Below are positions 1 through 10,299 of a stretch of DNA of 50,338 bases, piece by piece (the first letter of the stretch is position 1; every line of letters begins with the position of its first letter). The notes beneath the pieces were generated by a model that was not told where the DNA came from, searched no databases, and worked only from the letters and a program-made list of their open reading frames with translations. Where the stretch lies: positions 1-50,338 of the forward strand of contig JAUXQA010000336.1 in the NCBI GenBank assembly GCA_030683195.1, given 5' to 3'. This DNA comes from Rhodoferax sp. (GTDB lineage Bacteria; Pseudomonadota; Gammaproteobacteria; Burkholderiales; Burkholderiaceae_C). The position numbers were made by a program, and so were the translations under genes.

Positions 1-172
1 TGGAGTTTGAACGCGGGACTGTAAAACCGCCGCTTGGGGATTTTGGTGCGAGCTTCGCTCGCCATGGTGTGCATGATGTTCATCGCACACACTATCTCTG
101 GATGTCAGCGAGCCATCAAGATGTGTTGGCCGGACGCATACTTAGTGCGGCAGTTGATGCGAGGATATCCCC

Positions 173-525
173 ATGACAGATCGTTATCTCACCATCACAC
201 TGCAGCCAGACTGGAGAGGTGCTTTACGCGCCATGGGGCAAGCAGCCAAGGCGGACAAATACCAGGGCGTGGTGCTAAATTTCAAAAGCCCTGGTCACTT
301 CTTTGGACAGCTTTCCGATAAGCGCGGGGAGATCGTCTGGGCCGGACAAGGCAAAGGTGAGTTATCGATGCGTGAACTAGCCCGTGTAGTTGGGCGTGAT
401 GTTAAATGCGTACATGAAGACGTAGTTATCCTGGCTAAGCTGAAATGCTGGAGCGAGCAGAATGCAGCGGTGTGATCTGCCCTTATTCGTCCATGCACAT
501 CGACATGTACTTGACAGCTACTTAA
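173..525 (+). pseudogene. HTH transcriptional regulator / putative antitoxin (HVO_A0114-like), frameshifted near 443
   Basis: ORF 173..475 has an HTH (LSMRELARVVGRDVKCVHEDV). A protein-like C-terminus (MLERAECSGVICPYSSMHIDMYLTAT*) continues in another frame to TAA at 523-525. Confidence 0.6.
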
Positions 526-526
526 G

Positions 527-1822
527 CTAATCGAGCCCACCTGACTCTGCAATCTCAACCAGCGTTGGGATGTGAGGCCCGTATTCAATAGTCTGCGATG
601 TGGCCTTGGTTGTCCCTTTCGCCTCGGTCAACAATATGCCGCTGCCAACTTTTCGGGCATGTTTTGCATACAAAGTCTTGGCCCGGATGATTTCGTAGCT
701 GTACCCTCGTCCGAGCCTGTTTGAAATTTTCACCAAACCATTTAGGCCTTCGGTATATGCATTGGATATTTGGTTCGGTAAATCCCAATACGCAAAGATG
801 TCCTCGTAGTGGTTGTGAACCGTCTTAGCCAGACTGCGGAACTGATCCAGCCCCTTCTTTGGTATCGATTGCTCCCACAGCGCAAATGCTCGCATTGCAG
901 ATGCTTTATCAGGCTCATCATAGATTCTGAAAAACGATTCCTTGAAATCATAGGCTATCGCCAGTTCAGGAGTGCTTGAGCGAACAATGGCCAAAGCATC
1001 CTGCTCTTTTGGCGTAAGCGTTGCTGGACGTTTTAGCGTGAGCCAGCGGATGGATTTCTTGATGTGAAGGCGCTCGTCCTTTGCAAGTGTGACCTGGTAT
1101 TTTTTCCGCTCTTCTTCCAATGCCTCGGACACCATCTTCACCACATGAAACTTGTCGACCACGAGTTTGGCGTTGGGAAGGTATTCGCCGAAGGATCTCT
1201 TGAAGGGACGCCACATATCGGAGCAAACCCATTCGACCCTCTCTCTATCAGGCAACTTCTCGAAGAATGGTTTCAAATAATCCTGCGTGCGAAATTCCAG
1301 CATCTCAAAGACGTTATTCGTCGCAAGGTTCGTGATGACGCATCGATAGTCCCCTGCCAGCATCAGCTCATCAATACCCATAATGACCGGTGTTTCATAG
1401 CGCACCGTGCGGCCAAGTTCATCAATCAGGTCCTGGGCGATGTTCTTGATGGTGTTGACTGCCAAACCTGTTTGTTCAGCCATGGCCCGAAAGGTCGTGG
1501 CAAGGCAACGCGCTCGAATGGCATCTACAAGTCGTTTGGTTGCCCGTCGTTTCTCATCTAAAAATGGCAATTCCGGGGTCAGAATCTTTCCGCAAGCCTT
1601 GCAATGGTAGCGAGGCCGCGCAATTTCAAGGCGGACAGGCTGCATCTGCATTGGGGTATCGACAAAGGTGTGCGTTCTGCGGCCATGCCGATACAAGGGG
1701 CGAGCACAATCTGGACAAGGTGGTATCTCGCCTTCAATGACCTCGGCACTGATGAAAATAGCCTTGGCTGTAGCTCGTAAATCTGTGGGTCTTACGCCAG
1801 CGAGGCCAAGAAGGTCAAGCAC
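527..1822 (-). CDS. tnpA: ISL3-family DDE transposase (ISPpu12/ISKpn25-like group)
   Basis: Zn finger CPDC...CKAC and motifs GIDE, CSDMW, VVDKFHVV, SNAYTEGLN, GRGYSYE. Likely GTG start at 1822 overlaps the hsdR stop by 8 nt (the ORF track extends to 1840). Confidence 0.9.
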   Translation of the reverse strand: MLDLLGLAGVRPTDLRATAKAIFISAEVIEGEIPPCPDCARPLYRHGRRTHTFVDTPMQMQPVRLEIARPRYHCKACGKILTPELPFLDEKRRATKRLVDAIRARCLATTFRAMAEQTGLAVNTIKNIAQDLIDELGRTVRYETPVIMGIDELMLAGDYRCVITNLATNNVFEMLEFRTQDYLKPFFEKLPDRERVEWVCSDMWRPFKRSFGEYLPNAKLVVDKFHVVKMVSEALEEERKKYQVTLAKDERLHIKKSIRWLTLKRPATLTPKEQDALAIVRSSTPELAIAYDFKESFFRIYDEPDKASAMRAFALWEQSIPKKGLDQFRSLAKTVHNHYEDIFAYWDLPNQISNAYTEGLNGLVKISNRLGRGYSYEIIRAKTLYAKHARKVGSGILLTEAKGTTKATSQTIEYGPHIPTLVEIAESGGLD

Positions 1823-4800
1823 CGTGGCCACCCATGTCAATGTCTTTACGGTCGCGAATCAACTCATAAATCATGTCGGTCAAGGCTCCCATTGACTGGC
1901 GGTCCGATTTAAGGACAAGTGTGGCCAACTTCTGGTGAGATGTTAGAGCCCTGACAACGCCTTGTTGTACTGCTCCCGGTAAGTTGCCCTTCAAGGCTTG
2001 CTCACGGGTATTGTTTTCAACCTGGGCCATGACAACATCGTTTTCACGGGCAATGGCTACGATATGGTTCACAAAGGTTGCCTGGTCACGCAGCGGCGTC
2101 GCCTCCCCAAACAAACGGTTTAACCGGTCAATGATTTCTGCCAGGTAGTGAGGGTCTTCACCTTTGCTACCGCCGCTGCCTGGCCCAATCGGTTGCAGAA
2201 CCAGCGGTTGATCTTCGTCAGCAGGCACATCGTCTTTGCGCTTGATGTCAAAACCAGTAAGTACTAGTCCCTTCAGGTCCACGGACTCAGGTGATTCACC
2301 ATTGAGGCGCTTTTGAAGCAGCTTGACGAAGGCGGCGTAGTTTTCCAACTCAGGGTCCCCGAAGTCCACGAGCTGGGCAATATAGGCGTACGTCTTCACG
2401 AAGCGGCCCAAGCCAGACTTGAATGCAATCAAGGTTTTTACTTGGTCGGCGTGCTCCCTGCGGTGGTGATCGGCTGACTTCATGGCAGCGTCATCGCCCG
2501 TGCTGTGTGCCTTCTCATAGGCCACCTCCCACATTCCAATAGCATCACGGAGCATTTTCAGACGCTGATTGAAAAGTCGAGTTGGTCGCTCGGTTGCTGC
2601 ATACAGAGCCTTGTGTTGCGGCTCCTGCGCATGGGTGATGTCACGGATGGTCTTGAACCGGGCTTCCTTAAACTCTTTCAAGTCCTCTGACTCATAGAGT
2701 CCTTGGGCATCCAACGTTTCCTTGACCTCATAGACGACATTGACATCCTGCACATCGGCAATCTGAGCTCCATCGTCGTACATTTCGAAAGCTCGGCGCA
2801 CATTGGCTGGGTCATTAACAAAGTCGATGATGAAAACCTCATCCTTGCCGGGAGCCATCCGGTTGAGCCGGGAGAAAGTTTGCACAATCTCAACGTCATT
2901 GGCAATCTTTTTGTCAACGTACATGGCCACCAGCTTGGGCTGATCAAACCCCGTCTGGAATTTATCGGCCACGAGCATGACCCGGTACTCTGGGCGCTCA
3001 AACGCAATCCGCAGGTCCTGTCCAGCCACATCTGGGTTCATGCTGACTTCGGTGAACTCCTCGCCATCGTCAACCATGAAGATTTCAGCCGCTTTGCCAA
3101 CATCATCCCCGTGCATGACCTGCTTGCCTGTCATCTTTCCCGAGAAGGCAACCAGTGAGCGAATGGCGGAGTATTCAGGGTGCTTGGCGATATAGGCGTC
3201 AAAACCCTTCTTGTACCGGATGGCTGCGGCCCTGGAGCTGGTTACCACCATGGCCTTTGCCTTGCCATCAAGCCGATGAGCCACGTTTTTACTGAAGTGC
3301 TCAATGATGAATTGAACCTTCTGGGTCACATTGGTGGGGTGCAAGGACATCCACTGAGCCAGCGCCCGCTTGGCGGTCTTGCCGCTGACCCGCTTTGTGT
3401 CCTCAATCTGTTTGGACAAATTGAAGGCGGTCTTGTACGGGATGTAGCCTTTGAGGACATCCAGGATGAATCCTTCCTCAATGGCCTGGCGCATGGGGTA
3501 GCGGTGAAAGGCTTTCGGCAGGTTCGTTTTTGATGCTGGTTTGGTTGGATCTGCTGGACGACCGAAAAGCATGAGCGTCGAATGCTTGGGGGTGCCCGTG
3601 AACGCAAAGTAGCTGATGTTGGTAGGTCGTGCCCGCGACTTCTGTAACTCTTCCAGCAATTCCTCTACCGTAAGCGTCGCCATCTTGCCGTTGCCACTCA
3701 TGGCAAGTGCCGCCTGGAGCTTGGCGGCGGTTGAGCCGGTTTGAGACGCGTGCGCCTCGTCAATGATCACACCAAAGTTCTTACCCTTCAAGGCCTTATC
3801 CGTGACGATGGCCTCCATCGCAAAGGGGAATGTCTGGATGGTGACGACGATGATGGGCGTTCCTGCAATCAGGGCTTCTGCGAGCTGCTTGCTCTTTGAC
3901 TTTGAGGATTTCTGCCGGTCAATAGCTGCGATGACGCCAAACTGGTGATCAATTTGCTTGACCGCATCCTGAATCTGCCCGTCCAGTACCGTGCGGTCTG
4001 TCACGATGATGATGCTGCTGTAGATGGCATCGCCATTGTCCCGGCGCAATTTGACCAAATCATGGGCAGTCCATGAAATCGTGCTGGTTTTGCCGGAACC
4101 CGCGCTGTGATCGGCCAGATAGGACAGGCCGGGACCATTACTGCGAGCGTCGGCAATCATGTCATTGACGGCAGACCACTGGTGGTAGCGGGGGAAAATC
4201 AGGGTTTCGCGCTTAGACCAGTTGCCCTTGATATCCACGACATCCTTTTTTTCCACATAAACGAAGCTGTGAAAGATGCGCAACCATGCATCGGGCTGGC
4301 AAATCTGCTCCCAGAAGTACGCGACCGGATATTCCTTGTCTTTGCGCGGGGGGTTGCCAGCGTGACCGTCGTTGCCCTGGTTGAATGGCAGGAAGAAAGT
4401 GTTATCGCCTTCGAGCTTGGTAGCCATCTGAATGTCGGAATCCGACATCGCAAAGTGAACCACGGCACCGCGTTTAAAGGTCAGTAGAGGCTCTTTACGC
4501 TTGGTCTTGGCGTCATAGGGCAGGCGGTCCGTCTTGTACTGGTCCATGGCCGCTTCTGCGGACTGGGTGAAGTCTGTTTTGAGTTCGACAGTCGCCACTG
4601 GCAATCCGTTTATGAACTGCACCAGATCGATTGCAAGTTTACGGCTCGGATGGTATTGCAGTTGGGGGACCACGCGCAGCACGTTGGCTGCATAACGCTT
4701 GAGCACTGTTTCATTGCGTTTGTCTTCGGGTGCTGCTTCCGACATGTCGATGTGCCCGCAACCGGCAATCGAAAAACCGTTGCGAAACACATGCATGGTG

Positions 4801-5045
4801 CCGTGCTGATCCAGGGCCTTGGCCAGTCGGTCCATCAAAATCTCGCGGGCTCGCTCACCATTGTCTTTGCAGAGTTTGGACCATTTTTCAGGCTGGGTAG
4901 ATTCCAGCCAGGCAATCAAGTCATCTGGATACAGCGCACGCTCAGTGTCGTACTGGAGGGTGTTACCGACCTTCCAGCCTTGTGCCTCCAATTTGGAGAC
5001 TATATAGGCCTCGAAATGCTTTTCTTGGTGCGCGGTATCGCTCAT
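1815..5045 (-). CDS. hsdR: Type I restriction endonuclease subunit R
   Basis: 1076 aa; nuclease motif (DLV...INGLPVATVELK), Walker A HSAGSGKT, DEAH, FTGTP, KFQTGFDQP; in an operon with hsdS and hsdM. Confidence 0.95.
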   Translation of the reverse strand: MSDTAHQEKHFEAYIVSKLEAQGWKVGNTLQYDTERALYPDDLIAWLESTQPEKWSKLCKDNGERAREILMDRLAKALDQHGTMHVFRNGFSIAGCGHIDMSEAAPEDKRNETVLKRYAANVLRVVPQLQYHPSRKLAIDLVQFINGLPVATVELKTDFTQSAEAAMDQYKTDRLPYDAKTKRKEPLLTFKRGAVVHFAMSDSDIQMATKLEGDNTFFLPFNQGNDGHAGNPPRKDKEYPVAYFWEQICQPDAWLRIFHSFVYVEKKDVVDIKGNWSKRETLIFPRYHQWSAVNDMIADARSNGPGLSYLADHSAGSGKTSTISWTAHDLVKLRRDNGDAIYSSIIIVTDRTVLDGQIQDAVKQIDHQFGVIAAIDRQKSSKSKSKQLAEALIAGTPIIVVTIQTFPFAMEAIVTDKALKGKNFGVIIDEAHASQTGSTAAKLQAALAMSGNGKMATLTVEELLEELQKSRARPTNISYFAFTGTPKHSTLMLFGRPADPTKPASKTNLPKAFHRYPMRQAIEEGFILDVLKGYIPYKTAFNLSKQIEDTKRVSGKTAKRALAQWMSLHPTNVTQKVQFIIEHFSKNVAHRLDGKAKAMVVTSSRAAAIRYKKGFDAYIAKHPEYSAIRSLVAFSGKMTGKQVMHGDDVGKAAEIFMVDDGEEFTEVSMNPDVAGQDLRIAFERPEYRVMLVADKFQTGFDQPKLVAMYVDKKIANDVEIVQTFSRLNRMAPGKDEVFIIDFVNDPANVRRAFEMYDDGAQIADVQDVNVVYEVKETLDAQGLYESEDLKEFKEARFKTIRDITHAQEPQHKALYAATERPTRLFNQRLKMLRDAIGMWEVAYEKAHSTGDDAAMKSADHHRREHADQVKTLIAFKSGLGRFVKTYAYIAQLVDFGDPELENYAAFVKLLQKRLNGESPESVDLKGLVLTGFDIKRKDDVPADEDQPLVLQPIGPGSGGSKGEDPHYLAEIIDRLNRLFGEATPLRDQATFVNHIVAIARENDVVMAQVENNTREQALKGNLPGAVQQGVVRALTSHQKLATLVLKSDRQSMGALTDMIYELIRDRKDIDMGGHGA

Positions 5046-6397
5046 GCTGGCTCCCGTAAATCGATTTGGCCGGTGACAGCGGCGGTAATGAAGGCTGATC
5101 GGCGCTTTTTTAGGAGGTCGATGCTGAGTTGGGTTTTGGCAGTGATGAGATCCAATCGCCCAGTCAAACTTGTGATCCTAGAAAGGATTCCACATTGCTT
5201 TTCAATCGTAGGAAGGCAAAATCTCAAATCACGGATTGTTGACATTGAGATATTCACCATTGATGCGCTTGTTCCACTGGCATCGGTTTCAATTTCAGGA
5301 CGTCCATACACCTGAATCACACGAGCCAAAAACTCACTCAATATTTTCTCATTTGGTCTCAGTCTGTAGAGCTTGTCACATAGAAGCAGCTTTGGATAGT
5401 CAGAGTGAATCACAGCACACCCACCGACAAGCTCCCTCGTATTGGCGCGGGAAACGATTACATCGCCAGCTACTAATCCCAGGTTTGGATCTGGAATTAA
5501 GTCTTCTGGGAGCAGTTTGTTTTCCTTAGGATTGAATGTTCCCCCATTAACGCAACCAACCTTCAGTACGCCCCATTCGTTTTCAGTAGCGGCAATGGAT
5601 TCGCATTGAGGACTCCAGCCTTGCTCCATGGAATCAACGACGTATTTAATCTTGGAATCATCAAATTCATCGGGCACATCCCCAATCCACTCCACCCCAG
5701 AATCCCTCATCTTCACATTGGGATCTAGCCCTTTGGTGACCGCATGCGTGATCAGCGCCTGGCGCTTTTCTTTCAGGAGTTCGAGGAATCGGGTTTTCTT
5801 GGTGATTAGGGAGTCGATGCGTTTGGTTTCGCGGTCGATACAGTCAGCGATTCTGACGATCTCGTTTTCTGGAGGCATGCAAACACGTAAATCGCCGATG
5901 ACATCTTGGCCAAGACCGTATCTGGTGATGCCTGGCGACTCGATGTAAAAGTATGCGTGGGTTGGCGTCGATTGCAGAACTCGGTGAAGAAGGCGAGCGG
6001 TAGCAAGCTCAACACTGCGAATGAGTGTGAGGTGATAGCCACAAACCACACCAGGCGCGTCCTCAACGACCAGTGCCGGAATTCCAATGTCTGACGGGTC
6101 TTCCGAATCCTTGGTGATGATGAGATCGCCCTTTTTTAGCGTGAACTGTTCGATCTCAACTTTGCTGGCCGTGGCCAGCATAAATGGCATGTCCGCAGTA
6201 ATGAACTCGTTGTAATAGACATCCGTGTAATTGCAGAGGCTTACTTGCTCTTGGTCTTCATACGACTTCTTATCAATGCCACTATTGGTAAAGCTGGCGA
6301 CTTGTCGCAAGCGCTTCACGTCCCAATGCTCAGGAACATCCCCAATCCATTCAACGCCAGACTTACGGTATGCCGGGTACGGTTTGTAGTGGGTCAT
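5042..6397 (-). CDS. hsdS: Type I R-M specificity subunit S
   Basis: Two conserved repeats [10 protein letters not shown], linker [18 protein letters not shown] and terminal AAVTGQID. Start MTHYKPYP at 6397 forms an ATGA overlap with the abiF stop. Confidence 0.93.
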   Translation of the reverse strand: MTHYKPYPAYRKSGVEWIGDVPEHWDVKRLRQVASFTNSGIDKKSYEDQEQVSLCNYTDVYYNEFITADMPFMLATASKVEIEQFTLKKGDLIITKDSEDPSDIGIPALVVEDAPGVVCGYHLTLIRSVELATARLLHRVLQSTPTHAYFYIESPGITRYGLGQDVIGDLRVCMPPENEIVRIADCIDRETKRIDSLITKKTRFLELLKEKRQALITHAVTKGLDPNVKMRDSGVEWIGDVPDEFDDSKIKYVVDSMEQGWSPQCESIAATENEWGVLKVGCVNGGTFNPKENKLLPEDLIPDPNLGLVAGDVIVSRANTRELVGGCAVIHSDYPKLLLCDKLYRLRPNEKILSEFLARVIQVYGRPEIETDASGTSASMVNISMSTIRDLRFCLPTIEKQCGILSRITSLTGRLDLITAKTQLSIDLLKKRRSAFITAAVTGQIDLREPA

Positions 6398-7302
6398 GGT
6401 TGTTCCTTCCAAATATTGAATTGGTCCCAGCCAACAGGAAAGTCCATTGCAGCTACGGGAATGGCATGCGTGGCGATCAGGGCTTTTACGCGGCCACGCC
6501 AACGGTGCTTGGGTGCAATCACATCCATCCAATGCAGCAAGATGACAAGGGTGTTGTAAAGCTTGCGCGAACCCGCGACACACTGGGCAGTTAGCCCGGC
6601 AGGCTTGCTGCGTGGGAGTACCGGTGTAATCGTAAATTCCCTGTTCCACAGACGACTGTGGTGCGCGCAGGTATTGCGCACCAAAGAGAGATGACGCAAC
6701 CAGGATTCAAGTACTTTTTCGTCAACGCCGTAAACCGCTGAAATGGCGCGGCGTGTTGGCATTGGTTTGAGGCTGTTGTACCAGCGTGACAGTAAGCCGA
6801 GTGACATCACTTCGCACACAGCCCAGACAGGAGGCAGTGCTTCGACGTAAGTCCCCTTCAAATGGTTGATGAAGGCTTCATCGGAACGGTCAACTTCCGT
6901 GGTCAGTTTGGCGAGGTTCTTTTGCCAAAGGTCGTTTCTGAATGCCAGTGCCGGATCAAGATGCCCATGAGTCCCATGAAAATGGGCTATCTGGAAGGCC
7001 CACTGACTTCTCACCGAAACTTCTACGCGTTCAATGGCATCGAGCACCAGGAGGCGCAGCTCGCGGTCGAACACGTACAGGTTTAATACATCGTCGAAGC
7101 TGGTGCCTGCTTTGAATGCGTGGGTTGTATGGTCAGCCTCAAAGGGAAGCCAGTAGGCCCCCAGCCTGTAGTAGTTCAGATGCTGAAGGTAAAAAACGGC
7201 AGTAACTGGGTCGCCTATGACCATGCCGCGTTGTTGAAGCTTGGCTACCTGTTGGGCGTAGGTTGTGGCTGGTTTCCCGAACGGGCGTTTCGCCGTTACC
7301 AC
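6394..7302 (-). CDS. abiF: Abi_2 (AbiD/AbiF) family HEPN ribonuclease, abortive infection protein
   Basis: Family motifs KPATT..QQ..KL..RG, NYYRL, LY.FDRELR, and HEPN RX4H motif [12 protein letters not shown]. Confidence 0.88.
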   Translation of the reverse strand: MVTAKRPFGKPATTYAQQVAKLQQRGMVIGDPVTAVFYLQHLNYYRLGAYWLPFEADHTTHAFKAGTSFDDVLNLYVFDRELRLLVLDAIERVEVSVRSQWAFQIAHFHGTHGHLDPALAFRNDLWQKNLAKLTTEVDRSDEAFINHLKGTYVEALPPVWAVCEVMSLGLLSRWYNSLKPMPTRRAISAVYGVDEKVLESWLRHLSLVRNTCAHHSRLWNREFTITPVLPRSKPAGLTAQCVAGSRKLYNTLVILLHWMDVIAPKHRWRGRVKALIATHAIPVAAMDFPVGWDQFNIWKEQP

Positions 7303-7339
7303 GACAAGAGTCCCGCTAAATCCTGCCCCGCAAATAAGT

Positions 7340-7386
7340 AACCCGCCGGTTTGAGGATATGCTTACGCACATAGCCTTGGCGGGTT
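7340..7386 (-). ncRNA. abiF-like RNA hairpin (putative RNA antitoxin or leader)
   Basis: Minus strand AACCCGCC...AUGUGC-GUAA-GCAUAU...GGCGGGUU: outer 8-bp stem and inner stem with a GNRA tetraloop, between a promoter and the abiF start. Matches the known association of the abiF RNA motif with Abi_2 genes. Confidence 0.7.
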
Positions 7387-7398
7387 TTGTTGGAATCC

Positions 7399-7428
7399 AG
7401 TATATAACAAAAGCTTGCCATTTGGCAA
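7399..7428 (-). promoter_or_regulatory. Internal sigma70-type promoter for the abiF RNA and abiF, with a palindrome over the -35
   Basis: Minus strand TTGCCA-N18-TATACT; inverted repeat TTGCCA-TT-TGGCAA at 7415-7428. Confidence 0.6.
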
Positions 7429-7441
7429 ATATTGGCCCCTA

Positions 7442-9460
7442 TCATTGCGTCACCTCCCCCAGCAACTCAGCAATCTCAGCCTCCACTTGCTTGAGATCCG
7501 CATCGATGTCAAACAGTTTGCGCGGTGGCACATACTGGTAGAAGAACCTGTTGAAGTTGATCTCGTACCCAACCCGGCCAATGCCCTTGTCCGTGTCGTC
7601 ACGGAAGGTCTCATCGATGTAGGCATCCCCCAAATGGGTCAGTACCTCGCGGGCGAAATAGTCCCGGATGTCTTCTGAGAGCGGTACGTTCTCGTTGTCC
7701 GACAATTCAGGATCTGCCACCACCTTGCCGTTAGCATCAAGCACCGGTTCACCGTCAGGGTCGCGCTCACCAAAGGCATTGATCAGCCCTTTGACAAATG
7801 GTTTTCCGACCCGTCCCATGAATGTTGACGATTGCGACACCTCATCAGCAAAGTCTTGAGCCCATGCAAACGACTTACTCGTTCCCATATGCGGCTGCAG
7901 GGCGGCCAACCAGGCGGTTTGCTGCTCAACTGTGAGCTTGCTCCACGATTTCTCGTCTTGGAGCTTTGTAATGGTCTCAGCATTGATGTGCAGGGACATG
8001 CGAAGAGGCCGCAAAACCTTGATTCGGCGATAGCCAAAAACACGGTAATCAACCATGCGACTGAATTCGTTGGTCTCACAGGCAGAGTACAGGTCCACGA
8101 TCTGGTGGATTTGCTCGTCACTGATCATTCTTCGCTTGTTACCTTCATTTTTGATCGAGGTCCACATGTCGGATGCGTTGAGCAACTGAACTTTATGGCG
8201 ACGATTTGCAGGTTTTTTGTTCGACAGGATCCACAAGTAAGTGCCGATTCCGGTACGGAAGAATATTTCCGTGGGCAGTGCAACGATGGCTTCCACCATG
8301 TCATTTTCCAGCAGCCAGCGGCGGATCTCGGACTCTCCTGAGCCCGCGCCACCATTGAATAAGGGAGAACCTGACAGGACAATGGCAGCACGCCCGCCAC
8401 CATTCTCAGGCAGTTCGAGTTTGCTGGCCAGGTTCAGCAGGAACAGCATGGAGCCATCGTTGATGCGGGGGAGTCCAGGCCCAAACCGTCCATCGAACTT
8501 CTTGTCCTTGTGCTCAGTGGTGACGGCTACCTGGTCCTTTTCCCACTTCTTGCCGAATGGTGGGTTGGATACGCCGTAATGGAATCGCTGACCAGCAAAC
8601 TGGTCATTGGACAGTGTGCTGCCTAATTTGATGTTTTTGGACAGGTCGCGACCTGGATCGGATTCCAGCGTGCGCAGCAGCATGCCGGTCAGGCAGACGG
8701 CATGGGTTTCCGGTTCGAGTTCTTGACCGTAGGGGATGATGACTGGCGGAACCTTGAAGCGGTTGCCGTAATCAGCGACATGGTTCATGGCGTCAGAGAT
8801 GAAACCACCTGTACCGCATGTCTGGTCGTATAGGGTACGAATCAAGCCAGGATTGGACTCAAACAATGCGTCATCCGGGTCCAGCAGCAATGAGGTAGCA
8901 AGGTGCACGACATCTCGCGGCGTCATGAAATCCTCGGCACCTTCGTTGACCTCCGCGCCAAAGCGGCGGATCAGGTGCTCGTAGAGATTGCTCATTACCC
9001 GGTCAGGCACCACATCCGGGTGAAGATCGACTCCGGCGAAGTTCTTGCAAATCTTGAACAGAAGCCCCGCCTTGTCCAAACGAATCACCGTATTGGAAAA
9101 GTCGAACTGCTCGAAAATGATTCTCGCGTTGTCAGAAAAGTGCGCAACGTAGTCTTGAAGGTTTTGCCGCGTCTTCGTTCCGCCCAAAGTACCAAGCGCG
9201 TACTCAGACGTGTTGTAGAACGGGAAACGTGTGCATTGACGCAGGATCAGATCAATATCAATGCCCGAGTCTTTATGGAGTGCGTTTGCATCACGAACCT
9301 CTTGACGGGTTGGTTCAAGGACACACTCCAGGCGGCGCAGCAAAGTGAATGGCAAGATGACCTTGCCAAAGTCGGTGTGCTTGAAGTCCCCCCAAAGGTC
9401 TTCAGCATTCTTCCAAATGAAATCTGCCAGTGATGCGCCGGAACCTGATATTTCTGCCAT
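7442..9460 (-). CDS. hsdM: Type I R-M methyltransferase subunit M
   Basis: N-terminal FIW..AE.L.G, motifs DFMTPRDVV, YDQTCGTGG and NPPFG, and terminal GYEINFNRFFY. Confidence 0.95.
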   Translation of the reverse strand: MAEISGSGASLADFIWKNAEDLWGDFKHTDFGKVILPFTLLRRLECVLEPTRQEVRDANALHKDSGIDIDLILRQCTRFPFYNTSEYALGTLGGTKTRQNLQDYVAHFSDNARIIFEQFDFSNTVIRLDKAGLLFKICKNFAGVDLHPDVVPDRVMSNLYEHLIRRFGAEVNEGAEDFMTPRDVVHLATSLLLDPDDALFESNPGLIRTLYDQTCGTGGFISDAMNHVADYGNRFKVPPVIIPYGQELEPETHAVCLTGMLLRTLESDPGRDLSKNIKLGSTLSNDQFAGQRFHYGVSNPPFGKKWEKDQVAVTTEHKDKKFDGRFGPGLPRINDGSMLFLLNLASKLELPENGGGRAAIVLSGSPLFNGGAGSGESEIRRWLLENDMVEAIVALPTEIFFRTGIGTYLWILSNKKPANRRHKVQLLNASDMWTSIKNEGNKRRMISDEQIHQIVDLYSACETNEFSRMVDYRVFGYRRIKVLRPLRMSLHINAETITKLQDEKSWSKLTVEQQTAWLAALQPHMGTSKSFAWAQDFADEVSQSSTFMGRVGKPFVKGLINAFGERDPDGEPVLDANGKVVADPELSDNENVPLSEDIRDYFAREVLTHLGDAYIDETFRDDTDKGIGRVGYEINFNRFFYQYVPPRKLFDIDADLKQVEAEIAELLGEVTQ

Positions 9461-9466
9461 TTGTTT

Positions 9467-9582
9467 TCAACCCTATATTGCACAAATGAGGATATCAGAA
9501 ATTTATACCAAATCAACCGCAGAATGCACAAAAGAGAGATTGTTCTGATTTGCGGGTGTCAACCCTAGAATGAACATTGGAA
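9467..9582. repeat. Three imperfect ~24-bp direct repeats with an exact 46-bp period upstream of hsdM
   Basis: tcaaccctatattgcacaaatgag (9467), tcaaccgcagaatgcacaaaagag (9513), tcaaccctagaatgaacattggaa (9559). Confidence 0.6.
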
Positions 9583-9831
9583 AAAACAAAGCTTTAGATC
9601 TCTCTTCATGCGGGTCCTTCAATGTCGATCCGTATTGCGAACTAGCGCTTTGTTACTTCTGTAGAGTCGCATAAAGTCTTGAACTGAAGGTTGTGACCGT
9701 ACTCAGTTGTTCAAAATCAATCATTTGCACTGCATCAGCAATTACGTTGAATGAACCAACGTTTCACAAAGTCTTGAACTTCCTCGTAGATTTATCAGCA
9801 AGTTTTCAATTTTCAGAGGGTGATTCGTCCC

Positions 9832-10299
9832 TCAGCGCAACCGCATATCCGTGTCCAGTGTCTCTGGCTCACCCCGCGAGATGTGCTTGAAATCGGGATG
9901 CAGTGGGTTGATTAAAAAGTTTAGCTCGGCAGGTATCACCGCACTGGGCACGGCCAACACACAACTGCGCGACTGTCCCAGCCAATCGCCACCAAGGGCC
10001 TGCAAGGCTTCGCGGCCGGCATGGGTGCGCCAATCCCCTGGCAAGACAGTCGTGTCCAATATCTCCATACTGACGTTCTCGGGCAAGTGGGTTGGGATCA
10101 AAACATAGTGGGCACGCAAAGGCTCGTCTTGCACCAGCATCTCTAGCAGTGCCAAAGATCGGCTTTCAGCGGTATAAATCACAGGCTGGCCCACTCGATT
10201 CCACCGCCCGCCATACAGCCTTGCGCCTTCGCCAGAAAAGGCTTGATCAGCAAAACGGCGTGTGGTGATGCGCCAAACAGGTCGCGTTACTGCTGTCAT
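9832..10299 (-). CDS. RES-domain toxin (NAD+-degrading / ParT-MbcT-like)
   Basis: Motifs SGEGARLYGGRWN, YTAESRSLALLE, VPSAVIP.E.N.LINP.HPDF. Confidence 0.92.
   Translation of the reverse strand: MTAVTRPVWRITTRRFADQAFSGEGARLYGGRWNRVGQPVIYTAESRSLALLEMLVQDEPLRAHYVLIPTHLPENVSMEILDTTVLPGDWRTHAGREALQALGGDWLGQSRSCVLAVPSAVIPAELNFLINPLHPDFKHISRGEPETLDTDMRLR

Noticed and set aside
1-172. Cognate toxin for the HTH gene, or an ISL3 right inverted repeat
   Set aside because: No recognisable ORF or convincing inverted repeat in this stretch.
6398-6649. N-terminal extension of the hsdS ORF (535 aa)
   Set aside because: It overlaps abiF; the typical HsdS start is the ATGA-coupled ATG at 6397.
9673-9780. 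13-bp direct repeat AAAGTCTTGAACT at 9673 and 9768
   Set aside because: Only two copies with no supporting context; possibly a decayed gene or chance.
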